Assembly (NCBI GenBank): GCA_965238005.1
Contig: OZ250165.1
Location: 416,001 to 480,000, forward strand
From: Longimicrobiales bacterium
Lineage (GTDB): Bacteria > Gemmatimonadota > Gemmatimonadetes > Longimicrobiales > Gaopeijiaceae
Length of the DNA: 64,000 nucleotides
Direction: 5' to 3'
The notes below the pieces were generated by a model. It did no database searches and was not told the DNA's origin. It saw nothing but the letters and a program-made list of their open reading frames with translations. The translations under genes and the position numbers were made by a program. This document shows, piece after piece, positions 60,567 to 64,000 of the stretch. Each line of letters begins with the position of its first letter. Position 1 is the first letter of the stretch.

Positions 60567-61046
60567 TCAGGCCGGAGGTGGCTGATCGCTGCTGACGGCG
60601 AGAGCAGCGACGAACCACTCGCCGTCGATCTTCCTCCAAACCGCCAGGTACTTCCCCATGTCCTCCAGGGGACCGTCCGGTGTCTCGAAGACCAATCGAT
60701 TGATCCCGTACTCGTACGCCATGTCCCCGCTTGCGGCGAGCACGAGGTCGGTTCTCGTGCTCTCGAATTCGAGCGCGGGCGCCATGACGGTTTCGTACAT
60801 CTCCATGAGACCATCCCGCTCTTGGATCTGCGGAGCATTCGCCATCTGAAGGATGGGATCGGGCACGAAAAAGGTGATGGCTGCCTCGTAGTCTTCTGAC
60901 ATCTCCGCCGCGGCGATCGCATCGCTTCGAGCTAATACTTCGGCTTCGAGTTCTTGGCGGGTGGGCCCGGGTTCAGCGGCAGGCGCGCAAGCCTGGATAA
61001 CGAGAAGAGATGGAAGAAGAACGGTGAAGGAGCGGATGACTCGCAT
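60567..61046 (-). CDS. SnoaL-like / DUF4440 lipoprotein
   Basis: 'IQAC' lipobox; 'SGDMAYEYG', 'GKYLAVWRKIDGEW'. Confidence 0.85.
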   Translation of the reverse strand: MRVIRSFTVLLPSLLVIQACAPAAEPGPTRQELEAEVLARSDAIAAAEMSEDYEAAITFFVPDPILQMANAPQIQERDGLMEMYETVMAPALEFESTRTDLVLAASGDMAYEYGINRLVFETPDGPLEDMGKYLAVWRKIDGEWFVAALAVSSDQPPPA

Positions 61047-61165
61047 GGCGGACTCCTTGGAGGGTAGCGGAGTTGTGGAAGCTGCGGGAAACTACGGCAG
61101 ATTCAGGGAGACGATAGGCGATGAGGTGCGGCTGAGTCAATAACTTATCTCACTCCACCGCCTCG

Positions 61166-61640
61166 CTACGCCTTCGTCGCCTCGAACAACTTCACCATAT
61201 CGAGGTAGACGTTGAACTCTCCGGTCAGCCGGAATCCCGCCGCCCGGACGTTGTCGGCGGTTCGACGGTTGATGTCGGGTCCCAGCATCCTGGCCACCGG
61301 GTTCATTACGTCCATCACAAAGCCGAGGTAGAAGTTGGAGGGCCGCACATGCTCGAACATGAGCAGGTCTCCATCATCCTTCAGGACGCGGCGCACCTCC
61401 CTTAATCCCTTGATCGGATCGGGGACGGAGCAGAAGGTGCAGGAGGTGACGACGGTATCGAAATGAGCGTCGGGAAAATCCAGGCTGGTGACGTCCGCTT
61501 CCAGCAACATGATCGGGGCGGGGGACTCGCCTACCTTCTTCTCGGCGTGCTCGAGCATCACCGGAGAGAAGTCGATGGCGGTCACTTCGACCTCGGCGGG
61601 AAAGAACTTGAAGTCCGCACCGGTTCCGGCGGCCACCAGC
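61166..61640 (-). pseudogene. Class I SAM methyltransferase, 5'-truncated
   Basis: 'AAGTG', 'IDFSPVML', 'FDTVV..TFCSVPDP', 'FEHV'. Confidence 0.8.
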
Positions 61641-62042
61641 AATGGCACCGGCGCCGCCCGGATAGGCGGCCGCTGGAATCCGCTGGGCGTTCCTATGGTC
61701 TACGCGTCACTCGCGTATGAGGGGGCCTTGCTGGAGCAGCTCGTCCACGCCGGCATTGGCCGACCTCCCACCGAGCGCGTGGCGTCGCGAATCGTCCTTC
61801 CTGACGACTGCGAGGTGCCCACCCTGGACGTCGACGAGATTCCGGACTGGAGGGACGAGATGCGATCCCGGGAGATTGGGGAGGCATGGGTAGAGTCTGA
61901 GCGATCGCTCGCACTCATCGTGCCTTCCTTCGTGGCCCGGCCCTGGGGCTGGAATGTGGTCATAAACCCGAGGCATGCGGAGCTCGGCCGCGTTGTCTTG
62001 GCGGAGGTGGTCGACGTCCTCTGGGATCCTAGCGTGGTCTGA
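61641..62042 (+). pseudogene. RES-domain protein, 5'-truncated
   Basis: 'GTGAARIGGRWN..YAS..ALLE', 'VPS', 'NVVINPRH'. Confidence 0.8.
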
Positions 62043-62049
62043 GGGCTAG

Positions 62050-63651
62050 GAGTCTGCGCCGCAGAAGCACAGCTGACTGAGCCGAATGGTCATCGAGCCG
62101 TCCGCGGCGAGGCGGATCCGGGTGATTGGGAGGTTGAGGACTTGTGTCTGCGACGGATCGGGAGAGCGGAATGGATGCGTTGGGGGGGGCAAGAGAGCTA
62201 CGAGAGCCCTCGCGCCGGCAGATGCGGGTGAACCCTCGTGCAGTCATGCCGCCTGAAGGGTGTGCAGCCGCTTCACATTGAGTGCCAGGCACACGAGGGT
62301 CCACTCGGCCCGGACCTTCTCGAGGCCCCGGAAGCTGAATCGTCGAAAGCCCATCACTTCCTTGATCCAGCCGATGGGCGCCTCGGCCTGCGACTTTCGC
62401 CGTGCGTAGCGTCTGCGGCCATCTTCGCTCGCCAGCTTCTCCGCCATGCGGACTTTCGCCGGATATTCCTCCTTGTCAACCGTGGGGGCGGCCTTGCCCT
62501 CCCGGGCCAGCGCCACATACCCGTCGATGTCTCGCTCTTCCAGTTCCTCGAGATCCCGCTCGTTGCAATAGCCCGTGTCCGCCAGCACCTGCGCCGGCGT
62601 CTCGCCGTACGCTTGCGCCACCGCGTCGACCATGGGCACCAGCTGGCCCTGGTCGCTCGCGTTGTCCGTCACCTCGGCCCCGACCACCAGCTGGTTCTCC
62701 CCCTCCACGACCGTCTGTGCGTTGTAGCACTGCTGGAACCCCTCCGAACTCGTCTTCATGATCCGGCTCTCAGGGTCCGTGAAGTTGCTCTGCGCCGCCT
62801 CGTCCGGCTCTCCGTACTCCCGCTTGTAGGGCCTGCCGCCCTTCGGGTTGCGCGTCTGCCCCGGCTTGCGGCCCCGTGCGTCGTCCGCCGCTCTCTGCTC
62901 GGCTTCCAGGCGCGCCTTCGCCTCCCGGATCGCCGCCAGCCGGTCCTCGCGCCGCTTGAGCTCCTCCGGCACCTCGTCTCCGCATGCTTCCTCGCCGTAG
63001 CGCTCGTCTTCCGCTTCGTCCACCGCCTCGGCCCTCTCCAACAGCCCCCGGATCTCCGCCTCCAGCCGAGGCTCCCCGGTCACCATCCGGCCGTAGCTCA
63101 TCGCCTTGCGCTTGTTCGCGTTCGCCCGAACCTTCGTCCCGTCCACCGACACCCTGCCAAGCCCCGCCAGCCCCAAGGCCCGCGCGAGCATCACCACCTC
63201 CACAAACACCGCCCGGAAATCCCCGAGATGGCGCTTGCGGAACTCGCACAGCGTCCGGTGCTTCGGGAAGTTCTCCGCCGCCAGCATCCGAAACGCGACA
63301 TCCTCCTCCAGCTTCCTCGCCATCTTCCGCGACGAGAAGGTGCCCGTCGCATACGCGTAGATCAGCACCTTGACCATCATCCGAGGGTCGTACGGCGAGT
63401 TGCGCCGCCCGTCCCCCCGGTACCGCCCGTAGAACGCGCTCAGCTCCACCGCGTCCACCAGGTCGCTCACATGGTGCGCCAAATGACCCTCCGACACCCA
63501 CTCCCGAAGATCCGGAGGCAGCAACAACATCTGCTCCGGATCGTACGGTCGAAATGTCGTTCCCATTCACCCCCCTCGGTGATCCGCAAGCCTTCCCAAT
63601 GCCTTCGCTACCACCAAAGATAGCCGCCGCAGGGTTCTGCGGCGCAGACTC
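62050..63651 (-). mobile_element. IS1182-family insertion sequence
   Basis: 17-bp perfect IR GAGTCTGCGCCGCAGAA; CTAG at both flanks (62046-62049, 63652-63655). Confidence 0.92.
62244..63566 (-). CDS. IS1182 transposase
   Basis: 'YDPRMMVKVLIYAY..SSRK', 'VDGTKVRAN', 'NFTDPESRIM', 'ADTGY'. Confidence 0.93.
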   Translation of the reverse strand: MGTTFRPYDPEQMLLLPPDLREWVSEGHLAHHVSDLVDAVELSAFYGRYRGDGRRNSPYDPRMMVKVLIYAYATGTFSSRKMARKLEEDVAFRMLAAENFPKHRTLCEFRKRHLGDFRAVFVEVVMLARALGLAGLGRVSVDGTKVRANANKRKAMSYGRMVTGEPRLEAEIRGLLERAEAVDEAEDERYGEEACGDEVPEELKRREDRLAAIREAKARLEAEQRAADDARGRKPGQTRNPKGGRPYKREYGEPDEAAQSNFTDPESRIMKTSSEGFQQCYNAQTVVEGENQLVVGAEVTDNASDQGQLVPMVDAVAQAYGETPAQVLADTGYCNERDLEELEERDIDGYVALAREGKAAPTVDKEEYPAKVRMAEKLASEDGRRRYARRKSQAEAPIGWIKEVMGFRRFSFRGLEKVRAEWTLVCLALNVKRLHTLQAA

Positions 63652-64000
63652 CTAGCGGGCCGTGTGACCGCATGCCCCTCTTGAGCCCGAGCGCCCGGCC
63701 GCTCCTTCCGTCGGCTCGGTTCCCGCATCCAGGATCTCGAGCTGTGCCTCGTAGGTGTAGAGCCGGTCACGGGCTCGGCCTGTCACCTCCCGGGCGATGC
63801 CCAGGGACTCCAAGCGTTCGATGGCACTGTTCACCGTAGGCCAAGTGAGCCCTAGTGCCTCCGCAGCGTGGGGAATGGAGATCACTACGAACCGGCGCAA
63901 TAGGTCGTAGACCCGCAACGCAGAGCCTGCGGCGCGACCGAGCCGTGCCACATGCTCCTGGTCCTCCTCGAACAGCCTCCGGAGGCTCAGGGTGGTCTCG
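63652..64000 (-). CDS. Fic-family protein C-terminus (runs off the window)
   Basis: 'LGLTWPTVNSAIERLESLGIAREVTGRARDRLY.Y' wHTH tail typical of Fic proteins; Fic motif not in the window. Confidence 0.7.
   Translation of the reverse strand, partial: ETTLSLRRLFEEDQEHVARLGRAAGSALRVYDLLRRFVVISIPHAAEALGLTWPTVNSAIERLESLGIAREVTGRARDRLYTYEAQLEILDAGTEPTEGAAGRSGSRGACGHTAR

Overview
GC-rich bacterial DNA. Several signatures point to Gemmatimonadota (inference): an 'RLNAALEGRYAIERELGEGG' Ser/Thr kinase, 'EIHRRSLWQ' and ADOP-permease fragments, and a DUF1592-DUF1552-ankyrin trio. The window is a heavily rearranged accessory region. Mobile DNA: IS1595, two IS3, one IS1182, IS481 and IS91/ISCR remnants, two tyrosine-integrase C-termini, three tandem 3' halves of tRNA-Ser(CGA) with island-specific arm-type repeats, and one tRNA-Lys(TTT) 3' half. 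Toxin-antitoxin loci include two HicAB-like pairs, a ParE-type pair, RES and Fic. Intact cargo blocks: (1) a beta-barrel with CxxCH, a cupredoxin-like protein and a membrane adenylate cyclase; (2) a DUF6797 cytochrome, MFS, epimerase, enolase-superfamily, VOC and 2-hydroxyacid dehydrogenase operon; (3) a low-GC, Tat-like enolase-superfamily gene; (4) an M14 peptidase and SDR-hydantoinase A/B; (5) DUF1592-DUF1552-ankyrin; (6) cytochrome c' and a double creatininase. The best candidate for an undescribed system is a translationally coupled operon of XRE-ImmA/IrrE (HExxH lost), IMPase and IPCT/DIPPS, with an 11-bp inverted-repeat operator, next to a tRNA att site. Many genes are abrupt fragments, so assembly chimerism cannot be excluded. 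All family calls come from motif recognition by eye; no database was searched.
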